IMG/VR virus record: IMGVR_UViG_3300022925_000008
Span: 32,001-96,000 of that record
From: a virus
Length of the DNA stretch: 64,000 bases
Direction: 5' to 3' (one strand)
Both the position numbers and the translations under genes were made by a program. Under the pieces are notes generated by a model. It did no database searches. It had not been told where the DNA came from and saw nothing but the letters and a program-made list of their open reading frames with translations. Shown in pieces: positions 18,721-26,951 of the stretch (positions within the stretch are counted from its first letter, which is position 1; each line of letters opens with the position of its first letter).

Positions 18721-19102
18721 CTTCTAACATCCTAAATACTTTTTCAGTTCCATTGTTAATCCGAGTCTCAATCATGCCTGGTTTAGCACGAGCAAGGCGG
18801 GTCAAGTTGTGGTCCTTAAAGACCTTCATATAATTTGATTTCTCTTTTGCCAACTCGTTATTTGCTAAGGTAAGCTTGTTCATTGCCTCACCTTGTTTCT
18901 TGGCATTTTCTTCTGCTGCTTTAAGCGATGCTTGCGCAGTATTGACAGCAAGTTCTAACTGAACTTGGTTCTCTTTGAGAGTTTTATTATTTGCTTCTAA
19001 TTGAGCAACAGAGGCTTGCAGACCCGATACAGTCACCTGATGATATGCAAACGCAGCACCACCTGCCGCAATTACTGCGAACAGCAAATATATTTTAAAC
19101 AT
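18590..19102 (-). CDS. i-spanin (Rz-like)
   Basis: N-terminal TM followed by long coiled coil. Confidence 0.75.
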   Translation of the reverse strand: MFKIYLLFAVIAAGGAAFAYHQVTVSGLQASVAQLEANNKTLKENQVQLELAVNTAQASLKAAEENAKKQGEAMNKLTLANNELAKEKSNYMKVFKDHNLTRLARAKPGMIETRINNGTEKVFRMLEDDTKELMDIDNTPPADGMQPDAKAGVGSEGTDNPTGTTDSNGN

Positions 19103-19266
19103 TATTTCACCAGTTTTTTTCTTTTTCCGTTCACTTCTATATATCCTCGAGTCAAGACCGCATATTTTTTCTTTTTCTTGGGTCCCATGTCTTTAGTGTC
19201 TTGAGGAATACCAGCGTCAGCTGCTGTTGTCATTTCTTCATCAAACATCTGTTTAAAAGTTTTCAT
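19102..19266 (-). CDS. Small basic protein with capsid-targeting-like N-terminus
   Basis: Manual translation MKTFKQMFDEEMTTADAGIPQDTKDMGPKKKKK... Confidence 0.6.
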   Translation of the reverse strand: MKTFKQMFDEEMTTAADAGIPQDTKDMGPKKKKKYAVLTRGYIEVNGKRKKLVK

Positions 19267-19616
19267 TTTGTATGTGGAGGATGGTCATACCATTTTGCAT
19301 GAGCGGCTTTCTTATATGCATCGTGATCACCGCCAAGATGTTTTTTAACAAACGCTTTATGAAAATCTTTTGGGTGGTTACCAACTCCCGAACCATTATC
19401 AACATTGTTCGCGTTATGGCTATGATCAAGAACTGCCTTTGCTACTTCAGAACCATGTTTAGATTTAATTTGATCGTGAATTTTTTTCGCCTTTCGCGCG
19501 TCTGCAGCGCTACCTTCAACCTCCGCCATTTGATGGTGAAACGCATGATTCGCTGCCATTTTTGCTAAAGATTCACTTATCTGTAAATCCTCAATTAGCT
19601 GATCAAAAGTTTTCAT
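19263..19616 (-). CDS. His-rich protein with capsid-targeting-like N-terminus
   Basis: MKTFDQLIEDLQISE; late promoter directly upstream. Confidence 0.65.
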   Translation of the reverse strand: MKTFDQLIEDLQISESLAKMAANHAFHHQMAEVEGSAADARKAKKIHDQIKSKHGSEVAKAVLDHSHNANNVDNGSGVGNHPKDFHKAFVKKHLGGDHDAYKKAAHAKWYDHPPHTK

Positions 19617-19645
19617 TTGATATTTCCTGTTTTAGTTTAAAAAGA

Positions 19646-20233
19646 CTATTTATATATCTCGCCAATTGTAAAGTGAATTGTTTTTCCAGTATTTAAATGC
19701 TGACCTTCGTACACATTTATTCCGAAAAGTTCGCCTATCGGGTAACTATTCTCGGACACACGAAACTTATCTTTTGCCGCGACTCTCTCATCAAGAGAAT
19801 CTGACAGAAGTTTTTCGTTTTTGACTCTATAGATGCCAGGTGCGATCATTTGGTCTTGCATCACAAACCACTCAGATTGTTCTTGTAACAAATCTATCAT
19901 ATCAATGCCAGACTCTTTGAGAATTTTTTCTAAATTATTTTCGGTAACACCAAAATGTTCTTTAAGAAGAAACAAAGCAGAGACATAAGAAGCGAGTCTA
20001 GAACCACCGCCAGGAACCTTGGCGAGTAATTTCTTGATGTTGAACACTAGTCTATGGAAAGTAGTGAATGCCGACTTTTCATCAGCAGATTGAATATCCT
20101 TGGTCTTTATTCTCTTACCATTTTCATCAATGATACCTAACTTATATGCATCAGTATCTTCAAACTTTGTTACAAGTAGTTTTAAAAACCGGAAAGTATA
20201 AACCAGATCTCCTGCTCTCGAAAGTATACTCAT
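19646..20233 (-). CDS. Conserved T4-like late/structural hypothetical protein
   Basis: YTFRFLKLLV..F...DAYKLGIID..G, FHRLVFNIK.LL. Confidence 0.7.
   Translation of the reverse strand: MSILSRAGDLVYTFRFLKLLVTKFEDTDAYKLGIIDENGKRIKTKDIQSADEKSAFTTFHRLVFNIKKLLAKVPGGGSRLASYVSALFLLKEHFGVTENNLEKILKESGIDMIDLLQEQSEWFVMQDQMIAPGIYRVKNEKLLSDSLDERVAAKDKFRVSENSYPIGELFGINVYEGQHLNTGKTIHFTIGEIYK
19647..19654 (-). promoter_or_regulatory. T4-type late promoter
   Basis: TATAAATA ~30 nt upstream of ATG 19616. Confidence 0.7.
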
Positions 20234-20601
20234 TATATTTTCCTTAAAAATTCTATTACTTTTTGGTCCATCTCTATTCCAGTATATTTATCATTTGGCA
20301 CTATTTTAAGAAAAATCAAAAATGGTTTTACTACCGGCCAATGATGTTCTTCTAATCTGAATTCTAACATTTTTAGTCCCGCTTCTACTCCAAAAACATT
20401 AAAGATGACAACAAGGTGATTTAGTATCAACCTCTCTGCCAAGTTTCCTCCCGAAACATATCGATTAATTAAGCGTTTTATATACTTAAACTTTTTCAGG
20501 TCTTCATGAAACTCTTCGGCGTCTATACATGTTGGATTATAGTAATGCCTTGCCGCAAACAATGTAAATACATCTTCATTTAGTCTCTCGAATAACTTCA
20601 T
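20233..20601 (-). CDS. Conserved T4-like hypothetical protein
   Basis: Y.NP.C....EF.EDL..FKYIKRL..RY.....L.ERLILNH. Confidence 0.7.
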   Translation of the reverse strand: MKLFERLNEDVFTLFAARHYYNPTCIDAEEFHEDLKKFKYIKRLINRYVSGGNLAERLILNHLVVIFNVFGVEAGLKMLEFRLEEHHWPVVKPFLIFLKIVPNDKYTGIEMDQKVIEFLRKI

Positions 20602-20974
20602 GTTTCATCCTATAATTTTCAATTGCCGCTTTGATCGCATCTTCTGCAAGGACACTACAGTGGATTTTGACGGGTGGGAGGGCAAGTTCGTCTGCGATTT
20701 CGGAGTTGGTAATACTCCCAGCTTCATCAAGACTGCGACCCTTAACCCATTCGGTAAGGAGGGAGGAAGACGCGATAGCACTTCCGCATCCGTAGGTTTT
20801 AAACCTAGCATCTTCGATAATTCCATCATCATTCACCTTTATCTGTAATTGCATAACATCGCCACACGCAGGGGCACCGACCATGCCAGTACCCACATCA
20901 CTTGCTTCTTTATCTAGCTTACCGACATTACGAGGATTCTCGTAGTGGTCCATCACTTGTTCTGAATATGCCAT
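20576..20974 (-). CDS. iscU: Fe-S cluster scaffold IscU
   Basis: YSEQVMDHYENPRNVG, GAPACGDVM, FKTYGCGSAIASSS, LPPVKIHCSVLAEDAI (three Cys, LPPVK HscA motif). Confidence 0.97.
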   Translation of the reverse strand: MAYSEQVMDHYENPRNVGKLDKEASDVGTGMVGAPACGDVMQLQIKVNDDGIIEDARFKTYGCGSAIASSSLLTEWVKGRSLDEAGSITNSEIADELALPPVKIHCSVLAEDAIKAAIENYRMKHEVIRETK

Positions 20975-21135
20975 TACCAGTTATGCACCACATTTGCCAT
21001 GATAAAAAAACAAGTCATAAAGTTAACACCAACAATTAATGTTCTCAATAGAGCAACATAATTGTCATAGGGTTCAGTCTTATCATCTGAAAATCCCCCG
21101 AGAGCATATTTCCAGATAGTCCAAAATTTAATCAT
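20974..21135 (-). CDS. Small membrane protein (53 aa)
   Basis: Manual translation MIKFWTIWKYALGGFSDDKTEPYDNYVALLRT...IMANVVHNW. Confidence 0.65.
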   Translation of the reverse strand: MIKFWTIWKYALGGFSDDKTEPYDNYVALLRTLIVGVNFMTCFFIMANVVHNW

Positions 21136-21295
21136 CACTCTCCGTCTTTAACATTGTCCAAGCACCATAGGCTAGACCTACCCAAGACAACAACTCAGCA
21201 ATACCTCCAAATAGTATTACAGAACCACATACAGCAATGAGCATACCTCCGTCCCATGTTGTACGTTCCCCTAAAAGTTTTTTAACTAAAGACAT
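21128..21295 (-). CDS. Small two-TM membrane protein (55 aa)
   Basis: Manual translation MSLVKKLLGERTTWDGGMLIAVCG...LAYGAWTMLKTE. Confidence 0.6.
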   Translation of the reverse strand: MSLVKKLLGERTTWDGGMLIAVCGSVILFGGIAELLSWVGLAYGAWTMLKTESDD

Positions 21296-22064
21296 TTTGA
21301 TCTCCCGTCCAATTTTCTAAATGTTTAATGTACTCGCCGATACTATGATCACTAAAACTATCAATCTTACCTTGCTTCAACCCCATCCAGATACCTCTTA
21401 GTTTATCTTTGACTTTTTGCCATTGAGTTAACTGTCTCACTTGACCGTAAGCATTGATATAACATGCTGTGCCGTGATGCTTGTATCCTAAAAATGCAGG
21501 CGGCACTGTAGTGACGATATCGTTATTATTTCTCCAACGATAATGTGTAACGGGTAAACTCTTGCAATATTTATTCCATCCCACTCGAGGTGATCCGTAT
21601 GTATACAATTCTTCTACTACAGTGTCTTCTAAAGTTTCGTCAAGAGTGCACCGAGCAGCAACAATAGTTGCCATAGCGGCACCCAGACTATGCCCAGTAA
21701 CCCAGACCTTGCGTTTACCCAAAACCTTTGGAGTTAAGTCTTCGCGAATCATTGGCCATAGTTCATCAACTTCGGATTTGAAACCTTTGTGTACTCGACT
21801 AACCGTTTCTGATATTACGGGTATTGCAGTTAGGTCTGCTTTAATATCATTCAGTTCTGTTGGCTCTGTTCCTCGACACGCGATTACCATATCATTTTTG
21901 TTTTGAAACCTATATGCTTGCGCTCCATCCCTGTTGTAAAATTCTACTTGAGTGAATCCTAAAACCTTAACAGCCTTTTTAGCTTCCTTTTCATCCAGAT
22001 AGGCAATGCTGCTGAGTTTTGCAAACAAAAGACTTTTATCTCTATGTGATAGTTCAGATATCAT
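21282..22064 (-). CDS. Class 3 lipase / phospholipase
   Basis: IACRGTE, VHKGF, VTGHSLGAAMA (GxSxG), YTYGSPRVG, NDIVT.VP, DHSI..Y. Confidence 0.92.
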   Translation of the reverse strand: MISELSHRDKSLLFAKLSSIAYLDEKEAKKAVKVLGFTQVEFYNRDGAQAYRFQNKNDMVIACRGTEPTELNDIKADLTAIPVISETVSRVHKGFKSEVDELWPMIREDLTPKVLGKRKVWVTGHSLGAAMATIVAARCTLDETLEDTVVEELYTYGSPRVGWNKYCKSLPVTHYRWRNNNDIVTTVPPAFLGYKHHGTACYINAYGQVRQLTQWQKVKDKLRGIWMGLKQGKIDSFSDHSIGEYIKHLENWTGDQNVFS

Positions 22065-22279
22065 TAGTGGGTCTCCATTTTTAAATTCGTGTTAGGTAAG
22101 GGGCAGTTAGAGTCTCCTTCTTCTCTGCCTCTGATTTGCATATCTACCCAATACAATTCTGCCACTATCTTATGATACCACATGCGATCATACTGATCGT
22201 GACATTTTGCTGCCTCATCTTTAAGGTCTTGCATTCGCATTTCAAGGTAGTCGTGTATCGTGGGTTTATTTCTTTGCAC
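22064..22279 (-). CDS. Hypothetical protein
   Basis: Operon packing. Confidence 0.55.
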   Translation of the reverse strand: MQRNKPTIHDYLEMRMQDLKDEAAKCHDQYDRMWYHKIVAELYWVDMQIRGREEGDSNCPLPNTNLKMETH

Positions 22280-22562
22280 TTGTTTTCTTCTTTAATTCAA
22301 GATCAGCAATACGCGCTTCGAGTTCGTCTATCTTTTTAGTGACTTTAGGATATTTCTTTCGCCACGCTGTGGGATCATCTTGTAACCATTCCCACCCGAA
22401 TTTATCGACAAGTGAATCTAAGAAAAGATCGAATTTAGCATAACACCAAAGTGCCATGTGCGTGTCTTTGAACCATGCTAAGAAAGCAGCACCAAAAACA
22501 GACCCAGCGATAGCTGTGTATATCCACAGCGTATCGCCGAACATAGCAGTTAAAGTTTCCAT
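22266..22562 (-). CDS. Membrane protein with C-terminal coiled coil
   Basis: N-terminal hydrophobic helix; late promoter upstream. Confidence 0.6.
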   Translation of the reverse strand: METLTAMFGDTLWIYTAIAGSVFGAAFLAWFKDTHMALWCYAKFDLFLDSLVDKFGWEWLQDDPTAWRKKYPKVTKKIDELEARIADLELKKKTSAKK

Positions 22563-22589
22563 ATAATACCCCCAGATGAATTCTAAGAG

Positions 22590-22597
22590 TATTTATA
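22590..22597 (-). promoter_or_regulatory. T4-type late promoter
   Basis: TATAAATA ~28 nt upstream of ATG 22562. Confidence 0.7.
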
Positions 22598-22951
22598 TCA
22601 CCAGGTGTAACGAATTTCCGTTTCTAATTTAGATTTCAACTGAGAGGCGTTCTTACCTTCGAATTTACCTTTGATAGTGAGGTTTTTATCCCATTTAAAC
22701 TTGTAACCTGCTTCAAAACTATGACCATCCGTCATATGTCCACCTTCGACATAAACCTTACCGAAGTCAGTTTTCTTTTCGAAACCTATTCGTGTATGAT
22801 TCGTAGTATCACCACGATGCATTTGATCATTAAACTTAGTTTCAGATTTGAATTCAATGTATGGGCTTGCCTTAAGATCTAAGCTCAACATCATAAACAG
22901 ACTACCAATCAAAACTACGATAACGATTGTTTCTTTCCAGTTCTTTTTCAT
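22598..22951 (-). CDS. Small outer-membrane beta-barrel (porin/KdgM-like)
   Basis: Signal peptide, alternating amphipathic strands, C-terminal IRYTW aromatic BAM-type signature. Confidence 0.6.
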   Translation of the reverse strand: MKKNWKETIVIVVLIGSLFMMLSLDLKASPYIEFKSETKFNDQMHRGDTTNHTRIGFEKKTDFGKVYVEGGHMTDGHSFEAGYKFKWDKNLTIKGKFEGKNASQLKSKLETEIRYTW

Positions 22952-23001
22952 ATTAAGTTCCTTTATAAAAGAATTATTTAGAATAAAGAAACCTAAATTG
23001 T

Positions 23002-23029
23002 GTTAAGGTCGGATTAATGTTTCGTTAAA
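23002..23029 (-). promoter_or_regulatory. Triple 11-bp-period direct repeat (OmpR-family-like box)
   Basis: TTTAAC-N5-ATTAAT-N5-CTTAAC on minus strand upstream of the barrel gene. Confidence 0.45.
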
Positions 23030-23088
23030 TTACCACTGCTATGATTATAACAACACAGTTCAACAAAGACCCGCACAGCATTCCTTTT

Positions 23089-23113
23089 AAAAAAAGGGGG
23101 ACCAAAGTCCCCC
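23089..23113 (-). terminator. Rho-independent terminator
   Basis: GGGGGAC-TTTG-GTCCCCC followed by T run. Confidence 0.8.
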
Positions 23114-23123
23114 TCCCGCTGAG

Positions 23124-23231
23124 TCAGATTATTACAAAACCAAGTAATAGTCCTATGTTTAGTCCAATGCTACACATAAGCATGAACTGGGTCTTATATA
23201 AAACTTCGCGGGAAATAAATTCCCGTTCCAT
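23124..23231 (-). CDS. Small single-pass membrane protein (35 aa)
   Basis: Manual translation MEREFISREVLYKTQFMLMCSIGLNIGLLLGFVII; GAGGAGG RBS. Confidence 0.5.
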   Translation of the reverse strand: MEREFISREVLYKTQFMLMCSIGLNIGLLLGFVII

Positions 23232-23444
23232 TTAATCCTCCTCATCTAACACGATTAAAGCGATATTTGATTTGTTCAAATGAACCTCAATACCACTCGG
23301 TTGGGTAAAAGGAATGAACTTTCTATCGTCGTTCATAACCCAAGGGATTACGTCCTTGGGTTTCAATGTGGCATAAACCTCATCGTCCCCACTTAACCTA
23401 CCACTAATCGTGCCTCCATTAACAAACGTTACTTTAACACGCAT
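23232..23444 (-). CDS. Small Sm/SH3-like hypothetical protein
   Basis: V.V.F.NG..I.G ... FIPF....G....LNK..I..I. Confidence 0.55.
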   Translation of the reverse strand: MRVKVTFVNGGTISGRLSGDDEVYATLKPKDVIPWVMNDDRKFIPFTQPSGIEVHLNKSNIALIVLDEED

Positions 23445-23461
23445 GAGTCTGTACTCCCTAT

Positions 23462-23920
23462 CTAGTCAGCGAGAGGGTTGTTCAGCACATTTTGGATCTT
23501 ATCATTTAAGCGTTTTTCAACGGCAGTAATTTTAATCTCCGTGTCTGTCTGTAAACTTTCTCTACGATTGTCAAAACGTTCAGTCGCATTGTCAATCATA
23601 TCTCTGACTTTATCTTCCATATTCCGATTCTGGTCTTCGATTCGATCCACATTTTTCTCCATCCGATTGAAGTCATCTCTCAGATCGTTCTTAATGCTTC
23701 TTGAGTAATCTATCGCTTCATCTAGTTTTGTTTCGATGACATCGTTTCGTGCTGCTATAGCGTCTGTATCGATATTCTGGATTATCTCCTTCATATCCAT
23801 ATAGTCTTTATAGAACTCGAACGCACCCCAAGTTGCACCACCCAATGTGGACAATGCTGTGAGCAAGACCATCATCTTGCCACCCTTGAATGTCATTCCT
23901 CCAAATTCGACTTCTGCCAT
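23462..23920 (-). CDS. Membrane-anchored coiled-coil protein
   Basis: N-terminal TM, heptad-rich remainder. Confidence 0.65.
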   Translation of the reverse strand: MAEVEFGGMTFKGGKMMVLLTALSTLGGATWGAFEFYKDYMDMKEIIQNIDTDAIAARNDVIETKLDEAIDYSRSIKNDLRDDFNRMEKNVDRIEDQNRNMEDKVRDMIDNATERFDNRRESLQTDTEIKITAVEKRLNDKIQNVLNNPLAD

Positions 23921-23923
23921 TTG

Positions 23924-24391
23924 TTACTCCTCATCGTCAGCAAACCGCAAATTGCGTAGCTGAGCGACCTCTGCTTGTAGTCTTTGTATCTCTAGTCTTC
24001 TTCTTTCTAGTTCCAGCTTATAGAGAGTGTTACAGTTCAGACGCTCTTTGGGTTTATCAAGCGGAATGGTTAATTTCGCATAAACCCCAACATCCTTGAC
24101 CAATCCATCAGAATCATATCCTGGCGGGTCTTCATAACCTCCTCCGTAGAGGCTGTTATATGGTCCGTTCTGGTTTATAATGCCGACAACGCCAAACTCA
24201 ACGGTGGTAGCACCACCGATAGCGTTCGCACATTCTAATTGACCAGCACGAATCCTGTCTTGTGCGTATGATCCAGACGTATTAGGTAATGCCAAGTTCA
24301 AAGAACTCGACTCCGCTAATGCTTGTTCACACGCAACTATCAATAACACCAATACTAATATTCTCATAAGTTTCATTTCACTTTCGAGCAA
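23924..24391 (-). CDS. Sec-exported protein with Cys pair and C-terminal coiled coil
   Basis: Signal peptide ...ACEQALA|ESS; LECANAIGG...LNCNTLY. Confidence 0.65.
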   Translation of the reverse strand: MLESEMKLMRILVLVLLIVACEQALAESSSLNLALPNTSGSYAQDRIRAGQLECANAIGGATTVEFGVVGIINQNGPYNSLYGGGYEDPPGYDSDGLVKDVGVYAKLTIPLDKPKERLNCNTLYKLELERRRLEIQRLQAEVAQLRNLRFADDEE

Positions 24392-24753
24392 ATCCTCGAA
24401 TTCAATATTGATTTCGTAGATCCGTCTTGAAGAGTGAGAGACTTAGTGCAAATATAAGTTACTCTATCTCTGTTACTCTTCTGAATATAGACATCAAATC
24501 TCTTTGTATCAAGATACTCTACATTAATTACATTCCCGCCCGTAACAATGAATGGAATTTTATTCCAATCGTTGTCATAGACGCCTACTCTATAAAAACG
24601 AATATCCTCACGTTTATTGAAGAGTTTCATACTTGCTTTTACTACACCATCCGTATAAGCGGTTTCCAACTTAGGATATGTGGGAGTAAAATCGTGGGCA
24701 AGCGAGGCTTGCCCACTTAGTAATGTAACCAACAATAACATGATCTGTTTCAT
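24373..24753 (-). CDS. Sec-exported pilus-chaperone-like Ig-fold protein
   Basis: Signal peptide ...GQASLA|HDFTP; beta-rich, L.N motif, ICTKS...SRICSK Cys pair. Confidence 0.5.
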   Translation of the reverse strand: MKQIMLLLVTLLSGQASLAHDFTPTYPKLETAYTDGVVKASMKLFNKREDIRFYRVGVYDNDWNKIPFIVTGGNVINVEYLDTKRFDVYIQKSNRDRVTYICTKSLTLQDGSTKSILNSRICSKVK

Positions 24754-24764
24754 ATGATTTTCCC

Positions 24765-25268
24765 TTAAATAGCGATACACTCGGCAGTTACTACTGCTTG
24801 GTATTGACCTCCAGGAAATGCCTTTCCGTATCCATAGTCTGCTTCTGATTCTACTTTAAACCACGTAGATCCAGCAATAGACAAGTCTACTTCAGTAACG
24901 TTATCATACTCTACTTTACTCGTATCATAGGCAGACATCCCAGCGTCTGATACTTGATCAACTGATGTAGCACCAGTCCAAGTTACAGTGTCGCTAAGAG
25001 CAGGAGACTCGGTAAAGGAAGTAGGGTGAGAAATCTTTGCCATATAATAATCAGCTTGGATTACATCAAACCGTACAACCGGATGCACACCGCCTGATGC
25101 CGTTGCCGTAGACAACGATTCAGGGGTTGAGTTACCGTAAACTCCAGCAGTGTCTTGCGTTACGATACACTTAGATTCCACAGTACCACTAATGGGAATC
25201 TCTTCCGCAAACGCACTAGCACAAAAGGTCAACAATACCGCCAATGATGAAAGTGTTTTATTGAACAT
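24765..25268 (-). CDS. Sec-exported fimbrial (chaperone-usher) pilin-like protein
   Basis: Signal peptide ...CASAFA|EE; I.ISGTVESKC N-terminal strand and C-terminal GGQYQAVVTAEC resembling pilin G.Y.G.V.V terminal strand. Confidence 0.55.
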   Translation of the reverse strand: MFNKTLSSLAVLLTFCASAFAEEIPISGTVESKCIVTQDTAGVYGNSTPESLSTATASGGVHPVVRFDVIQADYYMAKISHPTSFTESPALSDTVTWTGATSVDQVSDAGMSAYDTSKVEYDNVTEVDLSIAGSTWFKVESEADYGYGKAFPGGQYQAVVTAECIAI

Positions 25269-25293
25269 TATTATGTTCTCCCTTTTTGTTTGT

Positions 25294-26184
25294 TTACTTT
25301 CCATACTGTAGTCGGACCATCTCTGCGTGTCGGAGTTCCGACGCGAAAGACTGTCTCAATCCTCGTGTGTTCTTCGGCAATTCCTTTCCGGTGGGTAAAG
25401 ACCCGCCAGCAAGTTCGCCGCCGAACAGTTGAGTCTGGTAAGATATTGGCAGTGCCTTTAATGCCATTATCTGCGAATGAATAAGTTCTTGCTCTTGAGA
25501 CATCGTGTTTTCAATCACCATGCCCAGTAATTGTTCCAATCTTTCATCTACTTCTTCTAATGCTTCTTTTGCCTTTGCTCTCGCCTTTTCCTTTTCGTCT
25601 TCATCTTGTGCTTTCATATTTGCTTTACGATCTAATTCATTCTGCACTAAATCGTCTTCAAGTGGATCATAAACGTCCACTTCATTTAACTCTATCACAA
25701 ACGGATCTTGATAGCCTGGACACTGAGGGTTTGACTGAGGATCAAAACAAGGGTCAAACTTATAAGAATAGAATACTTCGGGGTCCTTTACTGTCCCGAA
25801 ACCTTCCACTTCTATAGATCCTCTACCCCAATACGATATGTCTAAAAAATCTACAGGAACTGCCTTACTGATAGAATTCCCAGGTATACCAGACCAATCG
25901 TCGGATGATCTAAAAATATATCCAGCACCACGTGCGTTCTCATTCTGCACGTGTACGATCATAGGATCTTCTGCATTCTTCTCAGTCGTATAACGATACA
26001 CAACGCCACTGACTTGTAGTCCTGCCTGTTGAGGCAGCACATTAGTCATCACCCAATTCAAACCGAACTGAGCAGCGTTGTTGGTTGTACCGAATTTAGT
26101 GCTTGTGTCAAATTCTTCAGATAAGGAGTAGCAAGAGTAACCCAGCAACACCAGCACCGCCAAGCAGTGTTTTAGTACCTTCAT
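25294..26184 (-). CDS. Sec-exported beta-rich protein with CxxPxxNPxCPGY motif and acidic coiled coil
   Basis: Signal peptide ...SCYSLS|EE. Confidence 0.6.
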   Translation of the reverse strand: MKVLKHCLAVLVLLGYSCYSLSEEFDTSTKFGTTNNAAQFGLNWVMTNVLPQQAGLQVSGVVYRYTTEKNAEDPMIVHVQNENARGAGYIFRSSDDWSGIPGNSISKAVPVDFLDISYWGRGSIEVEGFGTVKDPEVFYSYKFDPCFDPQSNPQCPGYQDPFVIELNEVDVYDPLEDDLVQNELDRKANMKAQDEDEKEKARAKAKEALEEVDERLEQLLGMVIENTMSQEQELIHSQIMALKALPISYQTQLFGGELAGGSLPTGKELPKNTRGLRQSFASELRHAEMVRLQYGK

Positions 26185-26674
26185 TCATCCCTTCCTTTTC
26201 TTTAACTCCTGGTTGAGACTCTTCATCGGTAACCCATGCTGCTTTTGCTTGATCACCAATAAGTCCATCATATGGACATGGTGTTCCTGCCATCATCATC
26301 GCGTCAAAGACTCGTTTGTCTTGACACATAGTAGAAACTGCCGCAACCTTCATACCCATATCATACAAGGTTTTGGACAGTTTGAGTCGTTCGCAGTTCT
26401 CATCGGTAACTTGCGTTCCCGTTGAGATACCTAGAATTTGTGTTTGTATTGCTCCTGCCACACCAAACGTACACAAGTCTGAATTAGACGTGTTGATAGT
26501 CGGCGTGATAGCAGATGCTGGGGGAGACTTCAACGTTGTAGTTGAGGTCGAGTTTGTATTCACATTACTGTCTGTGATAGATTCAGTTCTTATTGTGTCA
26601 TCAGGCAGAGTCGCTTCTTCACCATATGTCACACTCGCACAGAAAGCCATAACAAAGAATAGTAAGTATCGCAT
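26117..26674 (-). CDS. Sec-exported Cys-containing protein with C-terminal membrane anchor
   Basis: Signal peptide, Thr/Ser-rich linker, DLCT..ENCERLK..MCQD..PCP, C-terminal GAGVAGLLLLLI. Confidence 0.65.
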   Translation of the reverse strand: MRYLLFFVMAFCASVTYGEEATLPDDTIRTESITDSNVNTNSTSTTTLKSPPASAITPTINTSNSDLCTFGVAGAIQTQILGISTGTQVTDENCERLKLSKTLYDMGMKVAAVSTMCQDKRVFDAMMMAGTPCPYDGLIGDQAKAAWVTDEESQPGVKEKEGMNEGTKTLLGGAGVAGLLLLLLI

Positions 26675-26702
26675 CACCATATCCTAGTTATAATATCAGT
26701 GT

Positions 26703-26710
26703 TATTTATA
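26703..26710 (-). promoter_or_regulatory. T4-type late promoter heading the exported-protein operon
   Basis: TATAAATA ~25-30 nt upstream of the start codon. Confidence 0.7.
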
Positions 26711-26735
26711 AGAATTAGAGTCTAAATAGAAAACT

Positions 26736-26951
26736 TTAGGATCGACTGTCCCAATAAGATTTGCTTATTTCGCCTCGATTGGCGTCGGGGGCATCTCCCA
26801 CTCTTCGAACACGAGTGTAAACCGCGTTGGGACCACGAGTACGAACCCCAGCTGTTTGCTTCTCCCAAAGAGCAGTTTGTTTGCCACCAGGATCAGGAGG
26901 ATTATTGTCATATTCCCAAGTGGGATTATTTGGAATAGGTAACCAAGCCAT
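26736..26951 (-). CDS. Hypothetical protein
   Basis: Start/stop overlap with upstream gene. Confidence 0.6.
   Translation of the reverse strand: MAWLPIPNNPTWEYDNNPPDPGGKQTALWEKQTAGVRTRGPNAVYTRVRRVGDAPDANRGEISKSYWDSRS

Noticed and set aside
23030-23090. 18-aa hydrophobic peptide MLCGSLLNCVVIIIAVVI
   Set aside because: RBS abuts the ATG with no spacer and the sequence overlaps a likely promoter
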